A stretch of 64,000 bases of DNA from Callorhinchus milii (Eukaryota): the NCBI RefSeq assembly GCF_018977255.1, contig NW_024704751.1:16554001-16618000 (forward strand), read 5' to 3'. The notes under the pieces were generated by a model. It was not told where the DNA came from and ran no database searches. It saw nothing but the letters and a program-made list of their open reading frames with translations. The translations under genes were made by a program, and so were the position numbers. Every line of letters starts with the position of its first letter. Within the stretch, counting starts at the first letter, position 1. This document shows positions 40,189-53,200 of the stretch, in pieces.

Positions 40189-40662
40189 ATGGGGAGGTTC
40201 AGGGAGAAGCAGCTCAAGGGCAAGACCGAGGCCCCAACAACAATAACGTCAACAGCAGCAGCAGCAACAGTAACAGAGGCCGACAGCTTTACAAAGGAGA
40301 CTGGGCTGCTGAAGGGCTCGGTCAGTGCCCCCGAGTCGCGGGCTATGACTCCCAGCAGCAGCATGGAGTTTGTGCAGGCCAGGAAGCGGCTCCTGGAGAT
40401 GGAGCAGCGGCAGAGACACATCCTGGAGATGGAGCGGCGTCTACAGCAGCTGCACGATGGCTTTGTGCAGGCCGAGCAGGAGGTGGTGGAGCACGGCGAG
40501 ATGGTGAGCAGAATCCGGACCGGGACGGTTCAGGGAGAGGTCTACCTCTCGGCCTTCAGGCAGCAGATGAAGAGCCTGAAATATAACACAAAGCACCGAG
40601 CTCCTCTGATCTTCGCCTCCGTCTTCGGGCTCAGCAGCTGTGTGCCGTGGACGGGGAAATGA
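40189..40662 (+). CDS. TRNP1: TMF1-regulated nuclear protein 1 orthologue, single coding exon, 157 aa
   Basis: ARKRLLEMEQRQRHILEMERRLQQLH..F..AE and P.IFASVFGLSSCVPW align with recalled human ARRRLLEVEGRRRLVSELESRVLQLHRVFLAAE and PALLASALGLGGCVPW. Lies next to KDF1 as in human. In-frame TAA upstream at 40123; AATAAA at 41041. Confidence 0.9.
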   Translation: MGRFREKQLKGKTEAPTTITSTAAAATVTEADSFTKETGLLKGSVSAPESRAMTPSSSMEFVQARKRLLEMEQRQRHILEMERRLQQLHDGFVQAEQEVVEHGEMVSRIRTGTVQGEVYLSAFRQQMKSLKYNTKHRAPLIFASVFGLSSCVPWTGK

Positions 40663-40699
40663 AACCCAAGGGACAGAGTCACAGCAGCTGCAGCTGTCA

Positions 40700-40860
40700 C
40701 GCTCCTCACCGTCACCCTGGCAACCTCACTGGTACCCTGACATCCTCACCGTCACCCTGGCAACCTCACCGGTACCCTGACATCCTCACCGTCACCCTGG
40801 CAACCTCACCGGTACCCTGTCATCCTCACCATTACCCTGGCAACCGCACTGGTACCCCTA
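40700..40860 (+). repeat. 40-bp tandem repeat, about 4 copies, in the TRNP1 3' UTR
   Basis: Unit catcctcaccgtcaccctggcaacctcaccggtaccctga is repeated directly. Confidence 0.9.
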
Positions 40861-43800
40861 ACCCCTTTCCCTGATGCTCTTCTCTATGTGTTTGCACTGT
40901 TCTGGGGTCAGACAGCAGCAGGTCTGTTATGTAACCATCAGCTTCGCTTCCAGCAGTTCCCAGCGCTGCTGATCCACAGCCACTGAATGTACCGATTAGC
41001 TTAAGAATGTCGATCAATCGTATGTAAAATGTGTCAATCTAATAAAAAGTATATTTCAACGAACAAGTGTCGCTCTACAACTCCTGATCAAAATAATAAT
41101 AATAATTCTTGCATTTGAGACGCCTCAAAACACTTCACAAAATATACTGTAAAGCGAATTAACTGTTTTGTTTTGTGGGTGAAACCTGGCAGCCAATTGT
41201 GTACAGCGGTGCCCCACAAATAGTCATAGATTGAGTGAGCCAATTTTTTTTTTTAGAAGTGATTATTATCCCCGGAAAAGCGATCTGCCAATCGACCGGG
41301 TTCCGGCAAGTTCCTACTTACTGCTAGGTAAACAGAGGCATGTGGAGTAATGAAACTTGGCTGAGGCTTCACCAGCCCGGGAATCGAACCTGGGTTCTCC
41401 TGCTTGCAAGGCGAGCACTCTAACCACTGAGCTACAGGGTTCCATATTAGCATTCAGAGCACTTGTCACGAGATGGAATCACAGGCTGGTTTTCCCACTC
41501 TGCTATTATGCTGCTGTGCTGAGTACTTAACCCTTGGCTTTCTGAAATGCTCCCACCTGAAGAGCACCATATAAACGCAAGTTGTTGAAGGGACAGGATG
41601 GTGTAATATCCAGGTTCGGGTGGAAGCCGGCCAATTCAGCGCCCATATTTTGGGGTGTTTGACACATGCAGAAACTCATCACTATGCTTAACAATATCCA
41701 CAGTTCCCAGCCCCGCTGATTCACAGCCTCTGAATGTACTGATGAGCTTAAGAATGTCAATCGATTATGTGTAAAATGTGTCAATCTAATAAAAAGTATA
41801 TTTCAATGAACATGTGTCATTCTACAACTCCTGATCATAATAATAATCCTTGCATTTGAGACGTCTCAAAGCACTTCACAGAGTATACCGTGTTCCGTGC
41901 ATCCCACCTATTCATGGAAATTCTCAAGGTATATATTGGAATGGAACCCACACTCTCTCCCTGGAGGGACACATCCTACTTACCTAATTCCATAGAGTAT
42001 TAAGCGCAGGTTGGCAAGAGCCAAGGCTTGGGAACTCCAGAGTGAGCAATGAGAGTCTAACCAGCAAAAACTGCACAGCTTGCCATTGAGAGCACTGTCT
42101 GGCAAGCTCTCCTACTGCTTGTCCACCCCGCCCGTTAGGGCTTTAGCTTGTGGGGTTAGCAGTAGCTGAGTGGGAGGATTCCCTGCCCCCAGTGAATGGA
42201 TTGTCCTCCATCCCTGTCAATGCGCCAGGCTGGCTGAGCTGCATCAGCAGCCCTGGAGTACTGTGGACCCGCCTGGCTCAGGAATTGGACTGCCAAGACC
42301 ATCAGAGGATTGGTCCGATTCTGACATGCTGTTACCAAAAAACAGATCACCTTGGAGACAGTTCAGCTCCACTTACCGCCTCCCTCAAGAGGATAGTCTT
42401 GTTTGTACTTTACATTCTATTAGTTATTCACATTAAGCAATGCACATATGAAGATTTACAAACGGGGGAGTGTTGAAGGATTGGACAGTGTAGGGCAGTG
42501 GTGGCCAACAAAATATGTTTTAAAATTGATTGAATACTTCTTGATATATGGAAAAAAAATCCAAAAATATTCAATCAAAGAAAAATGATGGAAACACTAT
42601 TGATTGATCACGCTTACCTAGATTAGTGCGAATGTTCAAAGGGCCACTTCTGACCCACACTGGCAAAGAGGGAACTGAATAAATATTTTTTTTGTCAGCT
42701 GGGTGTCTGACATGATGAAAAGCCCCATTGTGCCTCATTTTATATGGGACAGACACATTTTTTGTGGTTTTATGCCCCCTTCTGAAATTGTAATTTCTGT
42801 TAATCTGCAGATATCTTTGGTCCAGACGTTCAAGTTTGTTCAGTGAAGTTTAAAGGGACACTTTTTTTCAGGCACCGGCAGTTTGAATAAAAAAAATACA
42901 ATATTAGGTGAATGTAGCATCTGATTTACCAGCAAACTGTAGCCGACACATGAGAGTTTAGCGAGTTTGACGCCATCTGTTCTCTGTTTGCTTGGAGGCA
43001 ACATGTTAGGAATGACATCTGGTTTCGCAGAAAGTATCAAAATATTTAAGGGAAAACAATATATAGATGATGGCGAAGGCAATAGAGGGGGATTAGGAGG
43101 GATGGAGGCTCATACGGACTAGTTGGACCAAATGGCCTGTTTCTATGCTGTAACTATACAACGGATCGCAGTGATGAGACGTACAATTTGCACAGATTAA
43201 CTGTTCTGGTTCCAACCTGCAGCATCATGTCACAGCTATAAAAAAAAATGCAGCCTGTACAAATCATATTATTGCCAAAGAGAAATTTTTATTTATAAAA
43301 ATAATAATCCTTGCACTTGATGTAGCACCGGATCGCATCACTTCACAGAATATATTGTAAAGTGGATTGACTATTTTGTAGTCAATTACACATAGCAGTG
43401 TTCCACAAACAGTCATGGATTGAGTGACCATTTATTGGGGGGGGGGGGGGGGGGGGGGAGAGAATTATTATTCCCGGAAAGTAATCCACCATTCGACTAA
43501 TAACTGGGTTCCTACTTACTGGTAAACATAGGTGTGTGGAGTAAGCAGACTTGCTTAAGATTGTGCTCTGCCTGGGAATCTAATCCAGGTCCACTCGCTT
43601 GCGAGGCAAGAGCGTTAACCACAAAGCTACGGGACTCTAAAATATTTAGAGTGTTCCCAAGTCGTATCTTGTCCTTTGGACTTTACATCAAGCCCACAAG
43701 CCTCCAGAGCAAATTTGCACCTAATAATATGAGACCAAGAAGCTCTGGAGATTTCCCATCAACTCAGTATAAGAGCAGCAATTGTGTGAGCTGATATTTC

Positions 43801-46800
43801 TATTTGCAGAGCGACCCCAGCTGCAGCCTGACAGACAGAGGGAACTTCATCCCAACTGTCTCCCTTCTGCTCTTACATAAAACAACTATTTATAAAGAAA
43901 GGCATCGATGTGAAAAAAAATTATATTTTTAATAAAGGCATTATTTTCCATTTATAAATACACTGGGATAAATGTGCTACGATTATCAAATGGAGCAAAT
44001 TAGCGTTCAGGCAACAAACACAGGCCTCTTTCATTGCTCTACAGATTTGGGGTTCTTGCCAATAAAACTTATTATTTTCGGTAATGGAGGTTGAGTGCCC
44101 TCTGCCGGAGATTCAGAATATAAAACAGCTAACTCCGTGATAAACTCTTTTCAAATAGTGCACAGGGCGTTTAATGTTTGTTTGTGACCTTGGTTTAAAG
44201 TCTCATCCCAAGTGGGTGCCTTTGTCGATGCAGCATTCTCCCAGTTTTGCAATAGGCTCAATGTCTCAACCTTCGGACTCACGAGACGAGAGTACTACCA
44301 ATCGAGCCGACTAACATCCAAACTTGGTCAGAATAGTTTTCAGGTCAGAATTGACTGACTAATGTGATGACAGTAGCTTTTAATCTCAATTGTATCCTGA
44401 AGACTTATTTCAGCCAGTGTACAGGAGTAACTATTCATCGTTTCCCCAGGAAGAGAGTGCTGAGCGTAATTGTCAGAACAGGTTTCATGTTGATGGTGGA
44501 AAGAGTGAACTTGGTGTTTGTCCCAGAAAACCTCAATTTTCAAATTTTTATCCAAAGCACAATTTGCCCTCCGCCCATTGGTGACTGTGCCTTCAGCCAT
44601 TATGTCTCCACAGCCTCTGGAACTCCTTGCCTCAATCCCTCCTCCTCACTCACTTCGTCTTTAACATTTACCTCTTTTGATTGTGCCTATGGTCAAATCC
44701 CCTTCCCCCTACTCAGTATCCAACCCCTTCACTGTGCACCGATCCGAGACACTTTGCTAGTGAAGGACGGACATAAATGCAATCGTTCCTGGAATACCTA
44801 TACTGCAATGAAAACTGTTGAACTCCTGCGATGGCACTCCAACTCTGTTTACCAGCTGGCAAGTTCACTTATTGTTCGTGTGCCAGAAAGAGCATCTTTT
44901 CAATTTATAAAATGTATATGAAAATGTAATTAAAGGTATGAAAATGCAACATTTCAAGACAGATTCAATGTTATCGAATCAGTTGTTAAATGTCATGTTC
45001 ACTGTCACATGAGGTGAACTAGTCTCACTGGTTTAAAAACAAATAATGGAGTTGACCTGCTCCTCAGCACAGGGAGTAAAAGACTTATTCTGTCTGATGG
45101 GAGATTGTTTTTTAAAGGATTTTCTTTTATTCAAATGTAAACTGAAAGAATGCAAGAATTTCTGTTTGTTTTTATTGCACCCATATACAACTGAAATAAC
45201 TACAGGCTTGTTCAAAGCCAACAACAGCACTAGCCCTATACAAGTAGGAATTAATTATTAGCAATGAAACCAAACTATACAGCACTCTGCTAAACCCGAG
45301 CATTTCAACGCTGGCTTGAAACTCAAATATCACCACCATGTAGTAACTAGTTCAATTTACAGTTAGCAGCTTTCACAGACATTCCTTATCAAGAAATTGA
45401 TTTTTTTTAATTATAGATGGCAAATGTAGCAACAAATTAGTTGAAGAAGCTTTAAATACAGAATTGACATTGACCTCAACCCTGGGCCAACCTGCCCCCA
45501 CTGGGCGTGCAACGTACCCACAGCAGCACACAGCGAGTGTGTGAGCGTGAACAAGGGGTGTCTGTAATGCGTGTACAAGGCGTGGTTGGGGGGGGGGGGG
45601 GATGAGAGGGCCGGGAGAAAAGTTTGCAGGAAACTTAAAGGTAACAGAGAACGGATTCCTCTCAGTGTCTGGATAGTGGGAAGGAAAAGAGGACAATTTG
45701 GAACATGAGAGTCACTCTTAGCTCACAATCTGTCTGAAAGAAAAACAGGAAATGCACGATGTACAAAGGTCAGATTCTATATTATACAACATTCCCCCAG
45801 TACCTCGCTGGTCTATGGACTCAAAGCTGATGGCATTGATGTTCTAATCTGGAACAAACTTTTCCTGTTAAGTTTTCAGGGCCTGCCTTACGGCAATTTT
45901 AATTTGAAAACTAACAAATTATTTCACTTCCCACTGGGACACCAGGAAAACACACACTCGTGAGGAATGGAACAAACAGTCAGTGAGATGAAGTCACACC
46001 AGCTTTATAAGAAAACTGATGGGGCAGCTGCCAATCATTTACTAATAACAGTCAATAGCTTTCAGAGGAAAGTCCAGCTGCAGTGAATTGATTCACCACC
46101 ATCTGACAGCCACAACCCAGCGTGTGTACCCACGATCGGAATACAGTCAGCCTGCTTGACGGGTCAGGATTAATTTCATGTTCAGCTTCACAGTGTAGTC
46201 GTTCAAAAGCTCCTGTAATGCCACCATTAGTCGCTGAAGCCACTGCACCAACCCCACACGCACACAAGGCGCAGTTGAACACACAAGCTGCGGACAAACT
46301 GCGAGCAATCTCTCCAGAGACGGCAATGCAGAGACAAGTGGCATGACTGGTTCAGGATAAATGTAAAATAAAACTAATGGGGGTGAAGAGGAGAGAGGAA
46401 GAGACGCGAACACACTCTCTCACACAAACAGATGCACGTAGGGGCACACATATACAGCCTCAGAGGTTGGTTTTCCTGATCCGACTCAGCTCTGCAGTTA
46501 GAGGAGTACACACAAAAACACACACACGCTTGTGGAAGGTTTCCGTCCTCTCTACACACAGAACTGGACTCCATCTCTCACACCTCTCTGCAGGCTGTAC
46601 GTGCTGGTGCATTGCAGTGCTTTGTTCGTTATAGTTGAGAATCTAGGGCAGGACAGGGCAGCTATTCCCAGATATACCTCAGGCAGCCGACGACAGAAGG
46701 TTGCAGGCTACGGAGGCTAACTCAGGGACTTAAACCTGGTGAAGCTAGGCCCTTTAACACCCCCATTTGCTGGCTGCTTATTGGCTAACGACTGCACACA

Positions 46801-47223
46801 GCTGGTTAATAGATACAAAAGAGGCGTGTGCGACACTATCAAGGAGGAAGAGCTATTTAAACAAACTTTTGAAAGCAGCATCTATAGAATTAAAAACATT
46901 TCTGCTTATCAAACGAGTCTTTCCCAAAACAACCACCAGAAACAATTTCAAGTCTATTGTACTCATCCCAGCCCCGGTTCAGGTTCAGTCGCTGCTCCCG
47001 AGGGCAGCGAGAGTCAAACATCAGAGGCTCCGTTGGCGGATCTGGTTGGCATTGGGAGCTGTGGGCAGAGGCTGGTGGGAAGGATATGAATGCTGCCTGT
47101 ATTACTGCTACATAAGGGGTTGTGGGGTGGGGGGGGTAGTGGGGTGGGGGTGGGGAAACAGTGCAGTGTTTCAACCAGATGCATGACTGGAGAAAGCTGT
47201 CTCCAGCCCAGCCCAGAGGGTGC

Positions 47224-50200
47224 TTAGCTTGGTCTGCACTGCACTTGCCCCTCTGACGTTTCCTCATCATCCGACGCCACCCCACTGTTGCTCAGCCCGG
47301 TAATCCTGTAGCCCATGTTCAGGAGCATGACCTCCAGCGGGTCTGCGTTCATCCGGCGCTGATTGGCCTGAGAAGCTCCCTCCATGTCTTCAATTACTCG
47401 TTCATTCTGATCTTCACTCTGAAAAGGAACATCAGTCAGAGACCAGCCACTGCTCTCCTTTGCCCAACTTCAACCGCGCACGGAGCCCCCTCACCGAGGA
47501 AGCTCTGCTCACACAAAGCCACAGACAATCAGGCTCAGTCCAGTCTGGGCTGCGCTCGGTGGCTGTTGCAGAGTTGCATTGCTAAAGGGCTGAAAGCAGA
47601 TTACCTGCACACCGTCTCAGCCACAGTATTTACCTGGGATGTTCTTTCTGACGTGAAGGGCGCTATACAAGTGTAATTTGTTCTTGTTGTTTACAGGCAA
47701 AGAAACAATTTCAGGTCAAATGCAAAAGAACCAGTTGCACTGAAACTTACCAACAATATTGGTATTCTTGGTGCCTTTATCAATGACCCTTTCTGCCTGG
47801 TTTCTGAACTTGTTCTATAGCTCAACGATTGGGAAAAATCCTCCCCCCAACGCTGCCGTGGCTCTTGTCATCAAATTTTGTATCTCCATTTTGTGAGATT
47901 ATCATATTGAGCAGTGGCACAAATTCCTGCTATAGAGTAACCTACTGTGTAGTGCCACTGAAGTGTATATCTAGTATTACTGGGTACTGCTAACTCCCAC
48001 AGCTCCTTGGGATGTCCTCCCGACGTGAAAGGCGCTATACAAATGTAATTTTGTTGTTGTTGTATGAAATCATCCTGTGCATCAGCCCGACTCAGTGGTA
48101 GAACTCTCGCCTCTGAGTCAGAAGGTTGTGGGTTCAAGTCCCACGTTGGGACTTGAAATCACATAGTCCAAGCTGATCCAATACAGCGCTGGGGAGGGGG
48201 GTGGTGCTGTATTGTCAGAGGTGTCGTCCTTCGGATGAGATGTTAAACCGAGGACCCCGCCTGTTCAGGTGGACGGTAAAGATCCCACGGCTCTATTTGA
48301 AAAGGAAAGGGAGTGTCTGTCTTCCGGTGTCCTGGCCAACAATCCCAAAAAACTGATCAGTACTCCATGGCTATTTGTGGTACGTTGCTGTGTGCAACCG
48401 GCTGCTGCCTTTCGCCCACAAAATACGCAGTCAATCCATTTTACAGTATATCCCATGAAGCGCTTTGAGACGTCTCGACACGCTAAGGCTCTAAATCAAA
48501 ATGCAAGGATCATTATTGTGGTGAACACTGCGCTGGGTGTTTGAGACATACCTCTGGCCTCGGGCTCCACAAGCGAATCACAGGATCAATGCCGCTGGTT
48601 GCGAGAAAGCAGTGCCTTGGATGTGGCTGTAGACAGTTCACGATCGACTCGTCGCCCTGCAAAACACGCACAAGATTTGTCGTCGCTTTCTCCCAGATGA
48701 AAAAGGAGCCGTCGTCTGACCCACTGACGATGTACTGACCATTACTGGAAAGGAAGAGAAATTCAACCTGTAGTAATTCCATGCAAAATGGAACAATATT
48801 GAAAAAAACTTAACTAAATTCAGCAAATGATCTTGTGACTAAAGAGGCAAATGCCTCCCTGTGGAAGTAATAATAATAATAATAATCCTTGCATTTGATA
48901 TAGCGACTGACCATGTCTTCGAGACGTCTCAAAGCGCTTCACAGATTATACCATAAAGTAGATCGACTGTGTATTTTGTGGGCGAAACGCGGCAGCCAAT
49001 TGCGCACAATGGCATCCCACAAACAGTCGTGGATTGAGTGACTTTTTTTTACATTTATTTTTTTGAAGGGATTATTACCCCGGGAAAAACGATCTGCCAA
49101 TCGACTAACAACCGTATTCCTACTTACGGCTAGGTAAGCAGAGGTGTGTGTAGTAACCTAATGTTTTGTCCTGTCCGGGAATTGAAACCAGGTCCTCTCA
49201 CATGCGAGACGAATGGGTTAACCAATATGCTAGAGGACTTTGTCCATATGGCTTAGAGAGGTTCTGATCTCCTCACCTGGCTTAGTTGGGTAAGCCACAA
49301 ATTAGAGCCTAAAGTGCCCAGCTTGCACAGTCCAATTATTTTTAATGTCAGTATTGTAGTGGACATTTGGAATCCGCAGGAATTTTCACGTGTAGATGGG
49401 AAGCATGGAATGTTTGGCTTGCCTATCATTAGGCTTGTCACCTTGGAGCCAACTCAGCCCCAAGGAAACCTTACCAATTCTAGCTCCCAGGAGGACTACA
49501 GTCATTAGTTGGTCATTGGATATCTGACCAATAAGTTTGAGCTCTTCTAGGTGGGAGCAGGAACTCCTTACAAACCACTTGGTGAGCAATGCAACTCGGA
49601 ACTAAATGTGTGACAACATTGTCACTATCCCTCTGCCCACAGCAAGGAATGACAGTTCTACTATCTCCACATAGCAATCACAGGAGACATCAAGCCCCGG
49701 GTAGGAGTGTGTGTTCATGAACCCAGATTTCAGGTAACAATGGTGCCATATAATCACACCTCCACACCAGCTACCTCTCTGTACAGAAGCAAAACCTTGC
49801 CGGATAGATCAGCTGCACGTTAATGAACTTTCTGCTTCCTATTCAGGTATATTAAACAGTGTTAATCACCTCTGATCTTGGCAGTGCAGCTCACAGCCCA
49901 ACAAGAATCCACCCCAATACCAGAGCGAGGACATTAAAGTAAGTTTGTCACCCCAGAAGATATAAATTCCACAATTCTTTTGGACTCTTTTCTGTCAAAA
50001 CTGTTTAGACTCAAAAACAGACCCAAACTAAGGAGATCAATAACAGGATATTTTCCCCCGAAAACTATTACTACGGTTGAATGGTGAAGCTCAGAGATAG
50101 GTTGAAGAGTGCAAATCCTGAAGGACTGAGACTCAGAGGATCGTGTGACCTGCCTGAATCATACTCAGCTCAATTTGTCTCTCACCATCTCTCCTTAGAT

Positions 50201-53200
50201 TATTCAATTACCTTCCAAAAAAGTTGGCCTCTTTGATGTCAGTGGTCGTGTTGCAGTGGCCGCAGAACCGAGATTTATAGTCATAGCCTCGCTCTCTCAG
50301 CACAACTTCATCGTCTGAGATGGAATCCTTTCGCCCGCTGGACCGGATACGGATTGGGGCATTACCACCACTCTTCTTATCATCAGCTACAAGAATAGGA
50401 ACACTTTTCAGCTCAACTCACAAGAAATAATAATAATAATCGTTGCATTTGTTATAGTGCCTTAACACGTCTTTGAGACGTCTCAAAGAGCTTCACAAAA
50501 TATACTGTAAGGTGTGGTGACTGTATATTTTGTGGGCGAAACGAGTAAGAGCCATAAACTGCAGCTTGTGTCCTCATCAACAGAAAGCATTGCATGCATA
50601 CAGGGAGCAGGGCTGCAGTGCCAAGGGAACTGGAGGTTAGTGTATGAGGTGAGGAATATATTGGGGGATATACATCAGGACAGCACAGTGACTGAGCACA
50701 ATGACCAGGGCAACACAGCGACTGAATATCGTTGTGACTCACAGCTTTCACTCTTAGAGAAGAGCATAGCTTTAATGTCTCTCTCGAGGGCATCGCAGGC
50801 ACTGCTCTGTGCCTGTTCAGGAAAGCGTCCTTTGAAGTCTTCCAGACACTCCAGTGCTTCTGTGACGTACTTCAACTCGAACAGGCAGCGGGCGAGGCGG
50901 AAATGGGCCTTCAGGTGCAAAGGGTTCAGAGAAATGGCTTTCAGACAGTCTCTCAGAGCATCATAATGGTCTCCGTCCCTGGAAAACAAGAGGAACAGAT
51001 CTCAACATCGCTCACATCACTGATCAGGAAGCCGTAATGTATTACTGTACAATACAATGCAATTAACATTAGAAGCTTATGTCGTTGTGAATGTAACACT
51101 ACAATTCAGCATCAATTCTCATGGTACCTGGTGAAATGTGTCTCACTGCAATTTCATCCCCATGCAGGGCACCGTTTAGATTGTAAATAGGGCAGAAGGG
51201 GAGGATCCAGACAGTGAATATTTTAGTTTAATTGTAATCATGACGGCTACCGTGTGTTGCTGATTCATACACAGAGCAATGCAGACATAGCAAAGCAGCT
51301 GAACCCATGTGGCATTGTCCTGTGCTAAAAACAGAAGTTGATTCCATTTCACAACCAAAGCAAGTTCTGTCCTGAATGTGCAACATGACGGTCAGCACAA
51401 CCTGCGTTTCACTACAATCAGAAATAGGCTTCTTTAAATAAAATTTCATCCAGTGCTGTTTATGAGTAACTCAAGCCTCAGGCGCAGTGACCTCACTGAC
51501 CGGTAACCTCACTGACCGGTCTGGATCTGAAGCATGAATTATTCTTACCACTTGCGTTTCATGAAGGCCGCTGCTCTATTGCCATACAGCATGGCATTCC
51601 TGGGCACCTGGTACACAGCCTTGCTGTACAGCTGAATGGCTTGTGTCCACTGCTGTCGGGAGAATGCGTCATTTGCCTGCTGTTTGAGCCTCTCTAAGTA
51701 TGCTGGAAGTTCACAGGCAGTACTGCAAAGGAACAACAAACAATAGTTCATGTGACTAATGAGCCACACATGAATGGTGAATCATACACTACAGTAGAAG
51801 CAAATTATAAGGCACTTCTTTACAACTCTGGCTAGTTACAAGATGAATGCTCATAGGGGGGAAATTGGCAGCGCCTTGAAAGTTGGCTTTTTTTTAAGCC
51901 CAGGAAACTGTCGGCTTTCCCCCACCCACACCCACCCAACCACCCACCCACACAGAGTGAGTGCCCCTGTGCTCCAGCCCAGCTCTGTATGTGTCCTGTG
52001 GTACCTGCTCTGTGATCGGGTGTCTGCCAGCCGAAATCCATTACTGTGGAGATGAATCCCATTTGTAACTCCATTTGTTGTGGACTTTCCATTCTGCAAA
52101 TCTGTGGAACAGGAAAGAGATCAGTGAGAACAGAATGTGTCATTCCCAAGCTGCAGATAAGGAGGTAAGAGTGCTACACATGCTGAAACACTCACCACTG
52201 GATGAAGGACACTTCTTTGGCAGGAGGAATGTATATGGTTTCTGTTTATTTGTGAGATCAAACAAATAAACCTGAAATGATAAGAACATTTATTTTACTT
52301 TCTTGAAATGACTGCAGTTTAAGCATCTGACTCCAAAACAGAAACTGTTTTGTGGAACATTAATAATAATAATAATCTTTGCATTTGATATAGCGCTTTT
52401 CACGTCTTCTCGACATCTCAAAGCGCTTCACAGAATAGACTGTAAAGTGAATTGATCGTATATTTGTGGTCGAAAAGCGGCAGCCAATTGCGCACAGCAG
52501 TGTCCTACAAACAGTCTTGGATTGAAAATGACCAATTTATTATTTTTTGTTTTGGAGGGATTATTATTAGGCTGTGTGGAGAAAGGAAACTTGCCCAAGG
52601 TTTTGCCCTGCCTGGAATTGAACCCAGGTGTCTTGCTTGCAAGGCGAGTGCTCTAACCACTGCGCTACAGTGCCTTATCATGTTGCTGAGATGTCTCAAA
52701 GCGCTTCACAGAACAAATAAAAATGGTCATTCAATCCACAACTGTTTTTGGGACATTGCTGTGCGCAATTGGCTGCTGTGTTTCGCCGACATAATGTACA
52801 ATCAATTCACTTGATAGTATATCCTGTGAAGTGGTTTGAGATGTTTCAATGACATGATAAGGCACTATATCAAATACAGGGATTATTATTATTAGTAGTA
52901 AATGGGAATTGATTAACAAACACTGCACCCTCACCTGTTCTCCTCCCATGTTGACTAGGAGCTCTGTGCCATCGGGACTGAAGGCCACATATGTGGCCAC
53001 AAGCACTCGAAGCCTGTTGTTATAATCGGGCTGTTTTACTGGAAGATGCCCTGAAAAGGAGGAGTATTATCAGGTGTAAGTGTGACAGTGACCCCAATGC
53101 ATCTCGGTCTTGGAATCCAGAACAAAGGGGCATAATCTTAAAATTAGATCCAGGCCATTTAGCAGTGGAAAGCTGGCATTCTCTCTCTCCCACAAAAGGC

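Noticed and set aside
39933-40586. 217-aa ORF overlapping TRNP1 in another frame
   Set aside because: Starts in a (GT)n microsatellite with no recognisable homology; the conserved frame is 40189-40662.
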